Of a DNA stretch of 64,000 bases, positions 47,645 through 58,192 are shown one piece after another. The stretch's first letter is position 1, and each line of letters opens with the position of its first letter. Origin of the DNA: an uncultured Phycisphaerales bacterium (GTDB taxonomy: Bacteria; Planctomycetota; Phycisphaerae; Sedimentisphaerales; Anaerobacaceae). The notes below the pieces were generated by a model. That model did not search any database. It was given only the letters and a program-made list of their open reading frames with translations, and had not been told where the DNA came from. The position numbers were made by a program, and so were the translations under genes. The stretch spans positions 896,001 through 960,000 of the forward strand of contig OY970359.1 in the NCBI GenBank assembly GCA_963718665.1, given 5' to 3'.

Positions 47645-48913
47645 ATGAAAACTCAAATGTTAGCTATGTTTCTTACCATTGTTTTTTCATCGGCAGTTAC
47701 TCGGGCCTCATCTGTCAGCGTCCCGCTTCCCGGAGCCGTCGGCACGCTGCCAAAAACTGTTTCTTTTGATGCCGGCACAAGTTTCAAACACATCGATGAA
47801 GTTCTTCTATGGTGCAGCGGCTCAGTCACATACGGCTGGGGTTATATTGAGTATAATCCTTATGATATTGAATACCAAACAATACCTGCTGATATTTACG
47901 TCTCTACGAATCCTGCCGGATTCTGGGTTGGCGGATTTTGCTCCAGCGAGGGGCCATTCAGTCAGGAAGAAATATTCCACGGTACTCAATCATCAACCTG
48001 GGATTTTCTGCTCAATGGACAGGCCGGGTTAACTATTCAGGTGCCTTGTCCTCCTCTTCCTGTTTGGGAGCATGTGTTAATCCCTCCGAGCGGCTATATC
48101 TCACAGGCCACACTCATCATAGACGGCACTGTAATAGATATTTTGAGTCCCTCTTTGGGGGAAATACTGACCGGCGGGTCTGAATATACCATAAGCTGGC
48201 AGGATTACCGAAGCCAATCACCCTGTCCCTACAGTTATTTCCTGGACTATTCCATCGATGGGGGACAGCACTGGTTAGCGATTGACCCAAATGCTGTAAC
48301 CGGTTCTTGTTCATACGACTGGATTGTGCCGCATGTAAGTTCCCGGCAGTGTATGATACGCATCACTGATGCCAACGACCCTAATTTTACAGACACCACT
48401 GTGGGCTATTTCATTATTCACGGAGGCCTAACGGACCTGAATAGGGACGCATTTGTTGACTTTTTCGATTATGCGATTTTGGCGCTCAATTGGCAGCAGT
48501 CACCAGACCCTTGCGACCCCAATAGTGGCGATATAAATAAAGATAGCATTGTTGACATCTATGACCTTGCTGAATTATGCGCTGACTGGCTGGTCTGCTA
48601 TGTAACACAGGCGACCGACCCTGAGCCATCTGACCTCACCGGTGATGTAAACATAAATGTGATACTGCAATGGTCACCCGGTAATAATGCTACCTCACAA
48701 AATATTTATTTCGGCACTGATTTTAACGCAGTGAGCAACGCCGATACTGATAATCCGGCTGTTTACATGGGTAATCAGGATGCCAATTTCTGGGACACAA
48801 ATAACTATGCCCCAGACGGATTGATTCCAGACACCAGCTATTACTGGCGTATCGACGAGGTTGCGGGCTGTACGGCAAAAGGCGATGTCTGGAGCTTTAC
48901 TACTTCTCCCTAA
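47645..48913 (+). CDS. secreted protein with dockerin-like duplicated Ca-binding motifs and Fn3-like C-terminus
   Basis: signal peptide; DLNRDAFVDFFD, GDINKDSIVDIYDL; YYWRIDE...GDVWSFTT. Confidence 0.8.
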   Translation: MKTQMLAMFLTIVFSSAVTRASSVSVPLPGAVGTLPKTVSFDAGTSFKHIDEVLLWCSGSVTYGWGYIEYNPYDIEYQTIPADIYVSTNPAGFWVGGFCSSEGPFSQEEIFHGTQSSTWDFLLNGQAGLTIQVPCPPLPVWEHVLIPPSGYISQATLIIDGTVIDILSPSLGEILTGGSEYTISWQDYRSQSPCPYSYFLDYSIDGGQHWLAIDPNAVTGSCSYDWIVPHVSSRQCMIRITDANDPNFTDTTVGYFIIHGGLTDLNRDAFVDFFDYAILALNWQQSPDPCDPNSGDINKDSIVDIYDLAELCADWLVCYVTQATDPEPSDLTGDVNINVILQWSPGNNATSQNIYFGTDFNAVSNADTDNPAVYMGNQDANFWDTNNYAPDGLIPDTSYYWRIDEVAGCTAKGDVWSFTTSP

Positions 48914-48929
48914 CCTAAATATTGAATAC

Positions 48930-48968
48930 GCCGTTATCGCAGCGGCGAAAAAACTGCTGGGCAGATAA
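48930..48968 (+). pseudogene. displaced duplicate of the tkt 3' end
   Basis: AVIAAAKKLLGR* versus tkt AVVTAAKKLLGR*; 29/39 nt identical. Confidence 0.8.
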
Positions 48969-48979
48969 TACCCTTGCGG

Positions 48980-49882
48980 TTAGTGCGACAGCAACAGCAT
49001 ACAGACGCCGATGATGACGCCGACGAGAGCGACGGCCTTGCGGCGGATTTGGACCTCGCCGAAAATGAACGCCCCGCCGAGGAAGGAAATTACGACGCTT
49101 CCGCTACGGACAGCAGTTACAAGCGAAATCATCGCCCCCTGATAACCAAGAGCTTTGAAGTAAGCAACATCGGCAACAGCCAGTAAAGCCCCGATAAGGA
49201 GGATACCCCATCGCCATTTGAAGGGAGTGTGTTTTGCGCGGACCGGCCACCAGAAAACAAACAGGACAAAGGCCATAACGGGAACCGAATAAATCATAAA
49301 CCAGACCTGGACGCCTACGGCGGAAAAGCCAAGCGTGTGGACGAGATATTTGTCGTAAAGTGCGCTGGCAGCGCCGATGAGAACCGAGAGGACAAGAAGA
49401 ATAACCCATTTATTAGTATGAAAAACGATGCCTTCACGGCCGCCAACGAGAGAAAAGATATAGTAGGAGACGAAAAGCACGCCGAAGGCGGCCCATTGAA
49501 ACGGGGTGAGGCGTTCACCGAAAACCAGCATAGCGCCGAGGAGCGTCCAGGCGGGGCCTGAAGCACCGATTGGGGCGTATATTGAGATAGGCAGGTGCTT
49601 TACGGAAAAAAAGCCCAGCAGCCAGAGCGAGACGACGATAATGGCCTTTATGAAGCAGCAGAAATGCGCCAGCGGACCAAAAGGCGGGATAAATATCCCC
49701 AGTGGCGTCAAAAAGTGAGGCGAAACCGCAGAAAGCACTATAATGGGCAAAAGCAACACCGCCTCCACTAATACCGCGAAGAACAACAGCGGTATTACGG
49801 CATTATTGTGGATGGCTCTTTTCCTGCATACGTCATACAGCCCCACAAAGACAGCCGAAAAGGCGCTAAGATATAACCACAT
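48980..49882 (-). CDS. DMT/EamA family transporter
   Basis: about 10 TM segments, two EamA repeats (LVFGE, FIFGE). Confidence 0.9.
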   Translation of the reverse strand: MWLYLSAFSAVFVGLYDVCRKRAIHNNAVIPLLFFAVLVEAVLLLPIIVLSAVSPHFLTPLGIFIPPFGPLAHFCCFIKAIIVVSLWLLGFFSVKHLPISIYAPIGASGPAWTLLGAMLVFGERLTPFQWAAFGVLFVSYYIFSLVGGREGIVFHTNKWVILLVLSVLIGAASALYDKYLVHTLGFSAVGVQVWFMIYSVPVMAFVLFVFWWPVRAKHTPFKWRWGILLIGALLAVADVAYFKALGYQGAMISLVTAVRSGSVVISFLGGAFIFGEVQIRRKAVALVGVIIGVCMLLLSH

Positions 49883-50090
49883 ACTGCTTCACCAAATAAT
49901 AATAACAGAACGGCTCGTCAGGGCAAAGGCCCCTGCCGGAGCATGGTACGAAAGGCGGTATTTTTACCATAATAGAATATCGTTTGCACACTAAAAAAAA
50001 CTGCAATGATTCCATATCTACGCCCGGGGCTGGCTTAATGAGGCAAATAATCGTAGAATGGCTAAAAGCTCTGCGTATTATTCAGGATTT

Positions 50091-53000
50091 ATGGAGCTTG
50101 GTAACGACAAGTTGATTTTTGAACTGAGCCGGCGATTAAGCGCTACCGGGGGGGTGGTAAAAGTCGCCGGGACATGGGGTTCTTTTGCGCGTCTTTTGGC
50201 AACATATCTTTCAAAGCAGCTATTCCGGCCGATTATTTATGTTTGTCCGCATATTGATGACGCGGATAACGCGGTTGATGATTTGCAGACATTCGGGGCC
50301 GAGGACATTCAATTACTGCCCGCGTGGGAGGGCGAGGAGGAAATAGCGGACGCAACCGACGAGATTCGGGCGGACCGGCTCAAAACCGTCGCTCGTGTCT
50401 CGTCACTCATTACTCGTGTGGAAGGTCGTGCCATAACCATCGCGGCGTCGATGCAGGCGATAAGTCAACCCATACCGAAACTATCGGCCATCGAGAGCGG
50501 TTCACTTGCGCTTCAAACCGGAAAGCAGACAACGCCTGAAGATGTAAGTACGTGGCTGATTGATAACGGATTCGAACGGACGGACAAGGTTGATTTGCCG
50601 GGGCAATTCGCGAGAAGAGGCGGAATCGTCGATATTTATGCGCCGCTTGTCAGCACAAATGAAAGATTGGCGAGCAATGACAGCGTCAGCTCACAGGCGC
50701 TACGCATAGAATTTTTCGGCGACACAATCGAAAGCATCCGCACAATCGATTTGGATACGCAGGTATCGACGAATCAGTTATCGGCGGTCAGCATCGTATC
50801 GGCGACATGCGGGGACAAGCAGGAACAGCGGGAGCTATTCCTGAATATACTGCCTGCTGATGCGATTGTAATTTTGGATGAGCCGGCGGACTGCCAGGAG
50901 GTGGCAAAGGTATATTTCGAACGGGCGGAGCAGAAAGAACGGCTATACAACTGGCCTGAAATTCATAAATCGCTCGAACGATTCACGCAGCTTCATATTT
51001 CCCGGTTCGCGACTGAAAACCCGGATGAATTTATCAAATTAGATATAAGGAGCGTTCAGCAGTATCAGCACAAGGCGGCATCGCTTTGGGCGGGACATAA
51101 GGAGGCGCTGGCTGAATTAGTCGAGCTTGCAAAACATCAGGACGTGCTGCTTTACTGCGAAGCGGAGGCGGAAATTGACCGGGTGAGCGAAATTATCAGA
51201 CAGGAGCATAGTGAGATTCCGCCAAGATTCAAACTGCTCAAGGGATTTATTCATCAGGGATTCGCGATACGATCGCTGAACGCGACGATTCTGAGCCATC
51301 ATGAATTATTCGGGCAATTCGCGCTTCGGCGAAGGCAAAGGCCGATGCGTGCGACAACGCCGATTGATACGCTCGAGGATTTGCAACAGGGCGATTATGT
51401 CGTGCACAGCTCTTACGGCGTGGGGAAATTTTTAGGTATCGAGACCATCAGGGAAAAGACAGGCCAAAATGAGTACCTGACAATCGAATACGACGGTGGC
51501 GTCAAGGTGCAGGTCTCGGTGAATAATATCGGGCTGGTGCAAAAATACATCGGCACAAGCCCGAAGCGGCCCAAATTGTCGAAGGTCGGCTCGAAGCGGT
51601 GGCAAAACCAGAAAGAAAAAGTTGCGCAATCCGTCAATGACCTTGCGGTTGAACTATTGGAGCTTCAGGCCAAACGCCAGGCGATAGGCGGGTTCGCGTT
51701 TGCGGCGGATTCGAATTGGCAAAAAGAATTCGAGGAATCATTCCCATACCAGGAGACGCCCGACCAGACGACCAACGCGGCGCAGATAAAGGAGGATATG
51801 ATGCATCCCACGGCGATGGACCGGCTGCTTTGCGGGGACGTGGGTTACGGCAAAACGGAGCTTGCGATGAGGGCAGCGTTCAAGGCGGTCGAGAACGGCA
51901 AGCAAGTCGCTGCGCTTGTGCCTACTACGGTGCTGAGCATCCAGCACGCCCGGACGTTTACGGAACGCTTCGCGGATTTCCCGGTTGTAATCGAGTCGCT
52001 TAACCGATTCAAGACGACCGCCCAGGCAAAAGACGTGATTTCCCGTACAAGAACCGGCAAGGTCGATATCCTGATTGGGACGCATCGGCTGTTGAGCGGG
52101 GACGTGAAGTTCAAGGATTTGGGGCTGGTGATAATCGATGAGGAACAGCGATTCGGCGTCGAGCACAAGGAAAAGCTCAAGAAGCTGCGGGTGAACGTTG
52201 ACATACTGACGATGACGGCGACGCCGATTCCGCGGACGCTGCATATGGCGATGCTGGGCCTTCGGGACATAAGCTCGCTTGCGACCGCGCCGCTTGACAG
52301 ACGGAGTATCGTTACGAGCGTAACTACTTACAATGACGAACTCATACGCAAGACGATTAGCCGGGAATTGAACAGGCAGGGACAGGTTTTCTTTGTTCAT
52401 AACCGGGTCAAGTCAATCGAAAAGAAATGCTGGGAAATTCAGAAGCTGGTTCCCGACGCCAAGGTCGCGATTGCCCACGGGCAGATGACTTCGCACGAGC
52501 TGGAAAAGGCGATGATTGCGTTCGTGCTGGGCCAGACCGACGTGCTGGTCTGTACGACGATAATCGAGTCGGGGCTGGATATTCCCAACGCCAATACGAT
52601 GATTGTCAATGACGCGGACCGGTTCGGCCTGGCGGAATTGCACCAGTTACGCGGCCGGGTGGGCAGATACAAGCACAGGGCATACGCGTATATGCTGCTT
52701 CCGGCATCTCGCCCCATCACGCCAATCGCATCAAGGCGGCTGAAGGCCATCGAGGAATATTCGCATCTGGGCGCGGGTTTCAGGATTGCACTGCGGGATT
52801 TGGAAATTCGCGGGGCGGGAAATATCCTCGGCGCGGAGCAGTCGGGGCACATTCAGATGGTCGGCTATCAAATGTATTGCGAACTGCTGGCTAACGCCGT
52901 CAAGCAAATGAAAGGTGAGCCGATTGAAGGGATACCGACCGCCAACATAGATTTGGGGTTCGCGGCATACATAACCAAAAACTATATTCCAGCAGACAGA

Positions 53001-53369
53001 ATCCGCCTGGACGTTTATCGCAGAATCGTGGTGGCGAAAAACGCGGAAGAACTGAAACATCTCGAAACGGAGCTTGCGGACGTTTATGGCCCGCCGACTG
53101 AAGAGGTTAAATCGCTTTTGAGTATCGCCGGGCTTCGAATAGCCGCAAGCGAGCTGGATATAAAAAGCATCGTGGCACACGGCGGGAACCTGGTATTTTC
53201 TTTCGCGGCGGACGCGGACAAACACGCAAAACGACTGTTTAAGAACATTGCGGGCAGATATACTGTAGCCGACGAGACAACGGCGTATCTGCATCTGCCG
53301 GAAAGCTATTTCGAACAGCAAACACTTATAAATTTTGTCCGTAAAATTTTGAGAGGGAAAAAGCAATGA
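50091..53369 (+). CDS. mfd: transcription-repair coupling factor
   Basis: RGGIVDI, GDYVVH, MDRLLCGDVGYGKTE, IIDEEQRFGV, TATPIPRT, QLRGRVGR, DLEIRGAG. Confidence 0.97.
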   Translation: MELGNDKLIFELSRRLSATGGVVKVAGTWGSFARLLATYLSKQLFRPIIYVCPHIDDADNAVDDLQTFGAEDIQLLPAWEGEEEIADATDEIRADRLKTVARVSSLITRVEGRAITIAASMQAISQPIPKLSAIESGSLALQTGKQTTPEDVSTWLIDNGFERTDKVDLPGQFARRGGIVDIYAPLVSTNERLASNDSVSSQALRIEFFGDTIESIRTIDLDTQVSTNQLSAVSIVSATCGDKQEQRELFLNILPADAIVILDEPADCQEVAKVYFERAEQKERLYNWPEIHKSLERFTQLHISRFATENPDEFIKLDIRSVQQYQHKAASLWAGHKEALAELVELAKHQDVLLYCEAEAEIDRVSEIIRQEHSEIPPRFKLLKGFIHQGFAIRSLNATILSHHELFGQFALRRRQRPMRATTPIDTLEDLQQGDYVVHSSYGVGKFLGIETIREKTGQNEYLTIEYDGGVKVQVSVNNIGLVQKYIGTSPKRPKLSKVGSKRWQNQKEKVAQSVNDLAVELLELQAKRQAIGGFAFAADSNWQKEFEESFPYQETPDQTTNAAQIKEDMMHPTAMDRLLCGDVGYGKTELAMRAAFKAVENGKQVAALVPTTVLSIQHARTFTERFADFPVVIESLNRFKTTAQAKDVISRTRTGKVDILIGTHRLLSGDVKFKDLGLVIIDEEQRFGVEHKEKLKKLRVNVDILTMTATPIPRTLHMAMLGLRDISSLATAPLDRRSIVTSVTTYNDELIRKTISRELNRQGQVFFVHNRVKSIEKKCWEIQKLVPDAKVAIAHGQMTSHELEKAMIAFVLGQTDVLVCTTIIESGLDIPNANTMIVNDADRFGLAELHQLRGRVGRYKHRAYAYMLLPASRPITPIASRRLKAIEEYSHLGAGFRIALRDLEIRGAGNILGAEQSGHIQMVGYQMYCELLANAVKQMKGEPIEGIPTANIDLGFAAYITKNYIPADRIRLDVYRRIVVAKNAEELKHLETELADVYGPPTEEVKSLLSIAGLRIAASELDIKSIVAHGGNLVFSFAADADKHAKRLFKNIAGRYTVADETTAYLHLPESYFEQQTLINFVRKILRGKKQ

Positions 53370-53908
53370 CAAAAACGCTTATAAGATACTGCTGTATTAC
53401 AGCATTGATGGGGCTTACGGGGATTGTTCTGGCAATCAGCCCGTCGGAAAAACAGCAATTGGACAATTTCAAGGTATCGACGCTGAAGGGACTTCGCGGA
53501 GTGGCAGTCAGGGTGGTAATTGTCCGGGATGACCCGAACATGCTGCCGTTTCTCAAAGAACAGACCCTCCAGGGTGAAGTCGAGGTTGCTCTTCAAAACG
53601 CCGGTATCGAGATTGCCAGGCCTACGCCGGAAGTGGGGCTTTACGTGGTGCTGGCCAAAGTAACGGCGGCGAGTACAGACAACCTGAACATTGCGATGCA
53701 CGTCCAGTCGTCGCTTTTGCAGATTGTGAATTTATCGCGGGACACGACCATAAAAACAGAGGCCCTTACCTGGCCATCCTTCGGGCAGAGCAGGTTCGGC
53801 GTTGTTTCGGTCGCAATCGTCAAAAGCGCCGTCGAAAAAACCGTCAAAGAACAGGTAAAGGACTTCACCAACGACTGGAAGGCAGCAAATCCGAAACAGC
53901 AACCATAA
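53366..53908 (+). CDS. hypothetical exported protein
   Basis: signal peptide, coupled to the mfd stop. Confidence 0.75.
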   Translation: MTKTLIRYCCITALMGLTGIVLAISPSEKQQLDNFKVSTLKGLRGVAVRVVIVRDDPNMLPFLKEQTLQGEVEVALQNAGIEIARPTPEVGLYVVLAKVTAASTDNLNIAMHVQSSLLQIVNLSRDTTIKTEALTWPSFGQSRFGVVSVAIVKSAVEKTVKEQVKDFTNDWKAANPKQQP

Positions 53909-53971
53909 AACAATTTGGTATTGTAATCTTACTGTTAGTCAATTAAACTTTGGCCGCGATATAAACTTTTT

Positions 53972-54036
53972 TACCGCAGAGAACGCAGAGCTTGTTTTAT
54001 GTTCTCTCTCTGCGGACTCCGCGTGCTCCGCGGTGA
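53972..54036. repeat. inverted nonamer-type repeats
   Basis: ccgcagaga acgcagag ... ctctgcgga ctccgcgtg ctccgcggt. Confidence 0.7.
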
Positions 54037-54058
54037 AATAAAACAGGTAGCCAACGGA

Positions 54059-54976
54059 ATGGCAAGAAGAAGACAAAGAGCTGCATCGAATCAATGGTTT
54101 AATTTCGCGAGAGACTCGTACCTTGAACGGACGAGCCGGCCTGTTTACGCAATCGTTTATCTGCTGCCTTTCATAATCTTTTATGAATTAGGCACAATCT
54201 TCATCAATACCGACGTGCTGAGCCAGACACAGGTAAGGGTGGTGGCGTTTGTCTGGCTGCAGGAGCTGCTGCGGCATCTCGGCTTCGGCGGCAAATTCCT
54301 CTGGGCAGCACCGGCATTAGTCGTGGTCGTCATACTGCTGGCATACCAGCTTGTTTCGAGAAAGCGATGGTGGGTTTCGTTCGGCGATATGCTGCCTATG
54401 ACAATTGAGTGCGTGCTGCTGGCCATACCGCTTATCGTGCTGAGCTTGTTTTTGAACAGCGCGACTGCGCCGAAACACAGCCGGACTAATGACGTTGTGC
54501 CGAGGGCGATTGTCGTGCAGTGCGCAGCCGAACAAAACGCGGCGCAGGCAAAGACAAAATATCAACAGCCAAAGGCAACGGTAATCGCGAAGCCGAAGCC
54601 ACAATCATCGCTGCTTGCCGATATTGTTACGGGTATCGGCGCGGGCATTTATGAGGAATTGTTGTTCCGGCTGATACTGATATGCGCGATAATGCTTTTG
54701 CTGCAGGACGTGATTGGAATAAATCAGCACAGCGCCGTAATCATCGCGGTGCTTCTATCGGCGGCTCTTTTCGGCGCACATCACCACATCGATTTCCTGA
54801 CCGGGCGGGTAAACCAGAGCGACTTATTCGACTGGTCCAAATTCGCATTCCGGACAATGGCCGGTGTTTATTTCGCGGCGTTATTCGCAATACGCGGCTT
54901 CGGAATCACGGCCGGAACGCACGCGTTTTACGACATAATCGCAACTTTGATTAACGCGATTGTCTTCCAGCGATAA
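54059..54976 (+). CDS. CPBP (CAAX-protease-like) intramembrane metalloprotease
   Basis: YEELLFR, LFGAHH, HAFYD. Confidence 0.9.
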   Translation: MARRRQRAASNQWFNFARDSYLERTSRPVYAIVYLLPFIIFYELGTIFINTDVLSQTQVRVVAFVWLQELLRHLGFGGKFLWAAPALVVVVILLAYQLVSRKRWWVSFGDMLPMTIECVLLAIPLIVLSLFLNSATAPKHSRTNDVVPRAIVVQCAAEQNAAQAKTKYQQPKATVIAKPKPQSSLLADIVTGIGAGIYEELLFRLILICAIMLLLQDVIGINQHSAVIIAVLLSAALFGAHHHIDFLTGRVNQSDLFDWSKFAFRTMAGVYFAALFAIRGFGITAGTHAFYDIIATLINAIVFQR

Positions 54977-55189
54977 AAAAACGTCAAAAATCCTCCCCAC
55001 AGCAAAATTTTTTGTCGAAATTTCACTTCTGTTACCCGTTTAGAACCCGTGGTTTGTGTAATAATCGTCCTATAAGTGAGCGAAAAGGCCCTATCAATAC
55101 TGATAATGGGCTTGAATTTTACGCTTGTTTTGTTGTATAATGAGGACGTGGAACGAGATTATAACAATAGATTTAAGGTCTGACAAACT

Positions 55190-55735
55190 ATGGAATCGCC
55201 ACAAGTCAATATAGCAATCGAGGAATTATCCTTCAGCTTATTCCAGCGACCACTGCATCCTGAATTGTTCAATATCTACGCCAGCAGACGGATCAAAAGC
55301 GAGAAGTATGAGGCGTTGATATGGGTTACCGGCTGCACTCACGTCGTAAGCGCCTTCGCGGGCGACGTATGTCTGGCTGAAGTCATCAGCACACCAAACC
55401 AGATGCTGCCTGAGCGAGGACTGATTGAGCGTTTCCAGTTCCACGGGCCCCGCTCACACAAATGCACGCTGAGCAAAAACGTCAGCTATATGACCGATTT
55501 CCAGGTTGAGCGTCTCACGCCGGCGCTGTACCGGCAGAGTTTCAATGACCTCGAACGATTCGGCAGAGACCGCGGCGTGTTCGTCCGGTTCCCTGAACTT
55601 GAGATAGACGGCCTGCAGCCCTTCTGCTACATAGATTTCGAGGCGAGAAAAACCGAGATTCACGTTCACACTTTCGCCGCGTATCCCGACCAGATAGCGA
55701 TTGTAAAAACGCAGTCGCTGTTCGATTTCCAGTAA
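55190..55735 (+). CDS. DUF2617-like protein
   Basis: LFQRPLHPELF, WVTGCTH, HTFAAYP, VKTQSLF. Confidence 0.7.
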   Translation: MESPQVNIAIEELSFSLFQRPLHPELFNIYASRRIKSEKYEALIWVTGCTHVVSAFAGDVCLAEVISTPNQMLPERGLIERFQFHGPRSHKCTLSKNVSYMTDFQVERLTPALYRQSFNDLERFGRDRGVFVRFPELEIDGLQPFCYIDFEARKTEIHVHTFAAYPDQIAIVKTQSLFDFQ

Positions 55736-55817
55736 TAGTCGAAGTACCCGGCTGTGAATTATCCCCCGCGAACAGAATAAACAATCCCGCTCCGCGCGTG
55801 ATTTTCGCAAGTTTATT

Positions 55818-56801
55818 TTATGCCTGCTGCCCGGCGGCGTGTGTTTTGAGGGCATCGAGCTTTTCGCGGATTTCCTCAGCCATTCGGCTGTTCGGAAAAT
55901 CGTGAATGATTTCCATGCCGGTATTAACCGCCTTGGTCCATTGCTTGCCTGATACGGCCAACGCAAACTGCACGCCGAGGTTATGCAGCTTTGTGCGGAA
56001 GACATCCCTTGCGGCTTCCTGCAGGGCAAGGCCCTCGTTGGGCGTAAGATATTGGTCAAGCTCACGCAGGATTTCGATGCTTCGGTCGGTTACCTGGCGT
56101 TTGACGGCGTCATCCCAGGCGTTGAGGAGTATTTTCTTGCGTTCCTCTTTCTTTTCGAGCAGTCGCTGTCTCATCGCCAAGGCCTTGTCGCTGGTGGGGT
56201 ATTCCTTTACCAGCAGCTCAATCTGGGCGCTCGCCTTTGCCCATTGATGGTCATCGAGGTGCTTTTCAATATGGCTTATTATCTGGTTCATTCTTTCAGC
56301 ATCATTGGCGTCGCGGTATTTGTCGGCCTGCAAATGAAGCTGCTCGGCGAGCTTTTTATAGCCGGTTTTGTGAGCAATTTCATCGATGATTTCGTATGCG
56401 GAGTCAAAGTCCTTCTGCTGCAACTTGTCGAAAACAGCATCCCGGAGCGTCTGCATATCGTTATCGCGGAAGGCAATCACCTTGGCCGTCTCGCTGACGT
56501 GCGTGCTTATATTAACCTGATTTACGACCTGGCGGAGCTTTTCAAGCTCATCAGCCACCTTGTCCGTTTTCGCGTTGGTATCATCAATGAGGTCGAGCAT
56601 TTTCAGGGAAGATACGAAAATGACTACCAGCGTTATCATGGAGAATAACGCCACAAGCAGCCCCAATGCGCTGGTAATGCCGGACGACTCCTTCCCAAAA
56701 GCGCCCGCGAAAAGCGCAACCAGAACAACAGCCGCGATTACACCGTAAACAATAAACAGGTTCTTGAAATTCGCCAGCGGGTTGTTTTTTCCGTGCTCCA
56801 T
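55818..56801 (-). CDS. conserved hypothetical membrane-anchored helical protein
   Basis: 2 N-terminal TM segments, helical/TPR-like body, FPNSRMAEE. Confidence 0.8.
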   Translation of the reverse strand: MEHGKNNPLANFKNLFIVYGVIAAVVLVALFAGAFGKESSGITSALGLLVALFSMITLVVIFVSSLKMLDLIDDTNAKTDKVADELEKLRQVVNQVNISTHVSETAKVIAFRDNDMQTLRDAVFDKLQQKDFDSAYEIIDEIAHKTGYKKLAEQLHLQADKYRDANDAERMNQIISHIEKHLDDHQWAKASAQIELLVKEYPTSDKALAMRQRLLEKKEERKKILLNAWDDAVKRQVTDRSIEILRELDQYLTPNEGLALQEAARDVFRTKLHNLGVQFALAVSGKQWTKAVNTGMEIIHDFPNSRMAEEIREKLDALKTHAAGQQA

Positions 56802-56928
56802 AGTTGTTCCTTAAAAATAGTTGCTGTCAGGAAATATCGCGTCTATTATAATCCTTTTCCGGCGGCCTTGTCAATATCGCCGGAAACAGACAAAGGCAGA
56901 TATATCGGTTTAAGGGGAGATATTGAAA

Positions 56929-58149
56929 ATGGATACTATCAACCAGTTAACCTTAGTGGCAATCCTGTTGGCCAGTATGACAAACTCAGTCAAAGCAGCT
57001 ATTGACCCAAATCAACAAGCCATAGCGGCGGGCAATAACAAATTCGCCCTTGAGCTTTATCAAAGGCTGCAAAGCCAGCAAGGCAATCTATTCCTGTCGC
57101 CATACAGCATATCGACGGCTTTGGCGATGACCTATGCGGGAGCGAAAGGTCAAACAGAAAAACAGATGGCCGAGGCACTTTGTTTTGCGCCTATGAAAAA
57201 TGAGCAGTTTCACAAGGCATTCGGCGAAATCATCAAACAATTGAACACTTCGGGCGAAAAAGGCAGCTATGAGCTGGTAGTAGCAAACGCGTTATGGGGG
57301 CAAAAGGACTATAAATTTCTGTCGGAGTTTTTAACGCTTGTCAGAGAAAACTACGGGGGCGATTTGCAGCAGGTTGACTTCGCAGCACAAACCGAGGCCG
57401 CAAGAAAGACAATCAACACCTGGGTGGAAAGTAAAACCAAAGACAAGATAAAGGAGCTAATCAAGCCGGGGATGCTCGATTCGATGACCCGGCTTGTTTT
57501 GACAAACGCCATTTACTTCAAAGGCAAATGGGCAAGCCCGTTCAAACCGGAATTAACAAAGGACTCGTCTTTTACGTTGCTCAACGGCGAAAAGCCGAAC
57601 GTACCAATGATGAACCAGACGGGCAAATTCGGTTATATGGAAACCAACGATATACAGGCACTTGAGATGCCTTATGTGAATAATGATTTGTCGATGGTCA
57701 TTCTGCTTCCTAAACAAGCAGATGGCATCAAAGACCTTGAAAAAGAGCTTGTTTCCGACAATCTCGCCGGCTGGCTTTCCGGGATTCACAAACGTGAAGT
57801 GCAGGTCTTTTTCCCAAGGTTCAAGATGGCAAGCGAGTTTGGGTTAGGCAAGGTACTTAGTGCAATGGGAATGCCGGACGCGTTTTCGGGAAAGGCAGAT
57901 TTTTCCGGTATGACAGGCAATAAAGACCTCTTCATATCGGCTGTGGTTCACAAGGCATACGTCGATGTCAACGAAGAGGGAACCGAGGCAGCGGCGGCAA
58001 CCGGCGTTGTTATGAAATTAACCTCGATCCGCGAACCATTGCCGGTTTTCAGGGCCGACCATCCGTTTATCTTTTTGATTCGCGATAATCAGACGGGCAG
58101 CATCTTATTTTTGGGCCGAGTGGCAAACCCTGCTTCGAAAGACAATTAA
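56929..58149 (+). CDS. secreted serpin
   Basis: SPYSI, NAIYFKGKW, VNEEGTEAAAAT hinge, FRADHPFIFLI. Confidence 0.95.
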   Translation: MDTINQLTLVAILLASMTNSVKAAIDPNQQAIAAGNNKFALELYQRLQSQQGNLFLSPYSISTALAMTYAGAKGQTEKQMAEALCFAPMKNEQFHKAFGEIIKQLNTSGEKGSYELVVANALWGQKDYKFLSEFLTLVRENYGGDLQQVDFAAQTEAARKTINTWVESKTKDKIKELIKPGMLDSMTRLVLTNAIYFKGKWASPFKPELTKDSSFTLLNGEKPNVPMMNQTGKFGYMETNDIQALEMPYVNNDLSMVILLPKQADGIKDLEKELVSDNLAGWLSGIHKREVQVFFPRFKMASEFGLGKVLSAMGMPDAFSGKADFSGMTGNKDLFISAVVHKAYVDVNEEGTEAAAATGVVMKLTSIREPLPVFRADHPFIFLIRDNQTGSILFLGRVANPASKDN

Positions 58150-58192
58150 TTTTGGCAGTACACCCGACAAAGCCAGAGGACTATCCAGGTGC

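Noticed and set aside
51738..53372. Long antisense ORFs opposite mfd (also opposite pilT, gnd, larA and clpC)
   Set aside because: Shadow ORFs of well-supported genes with no motifs of their own
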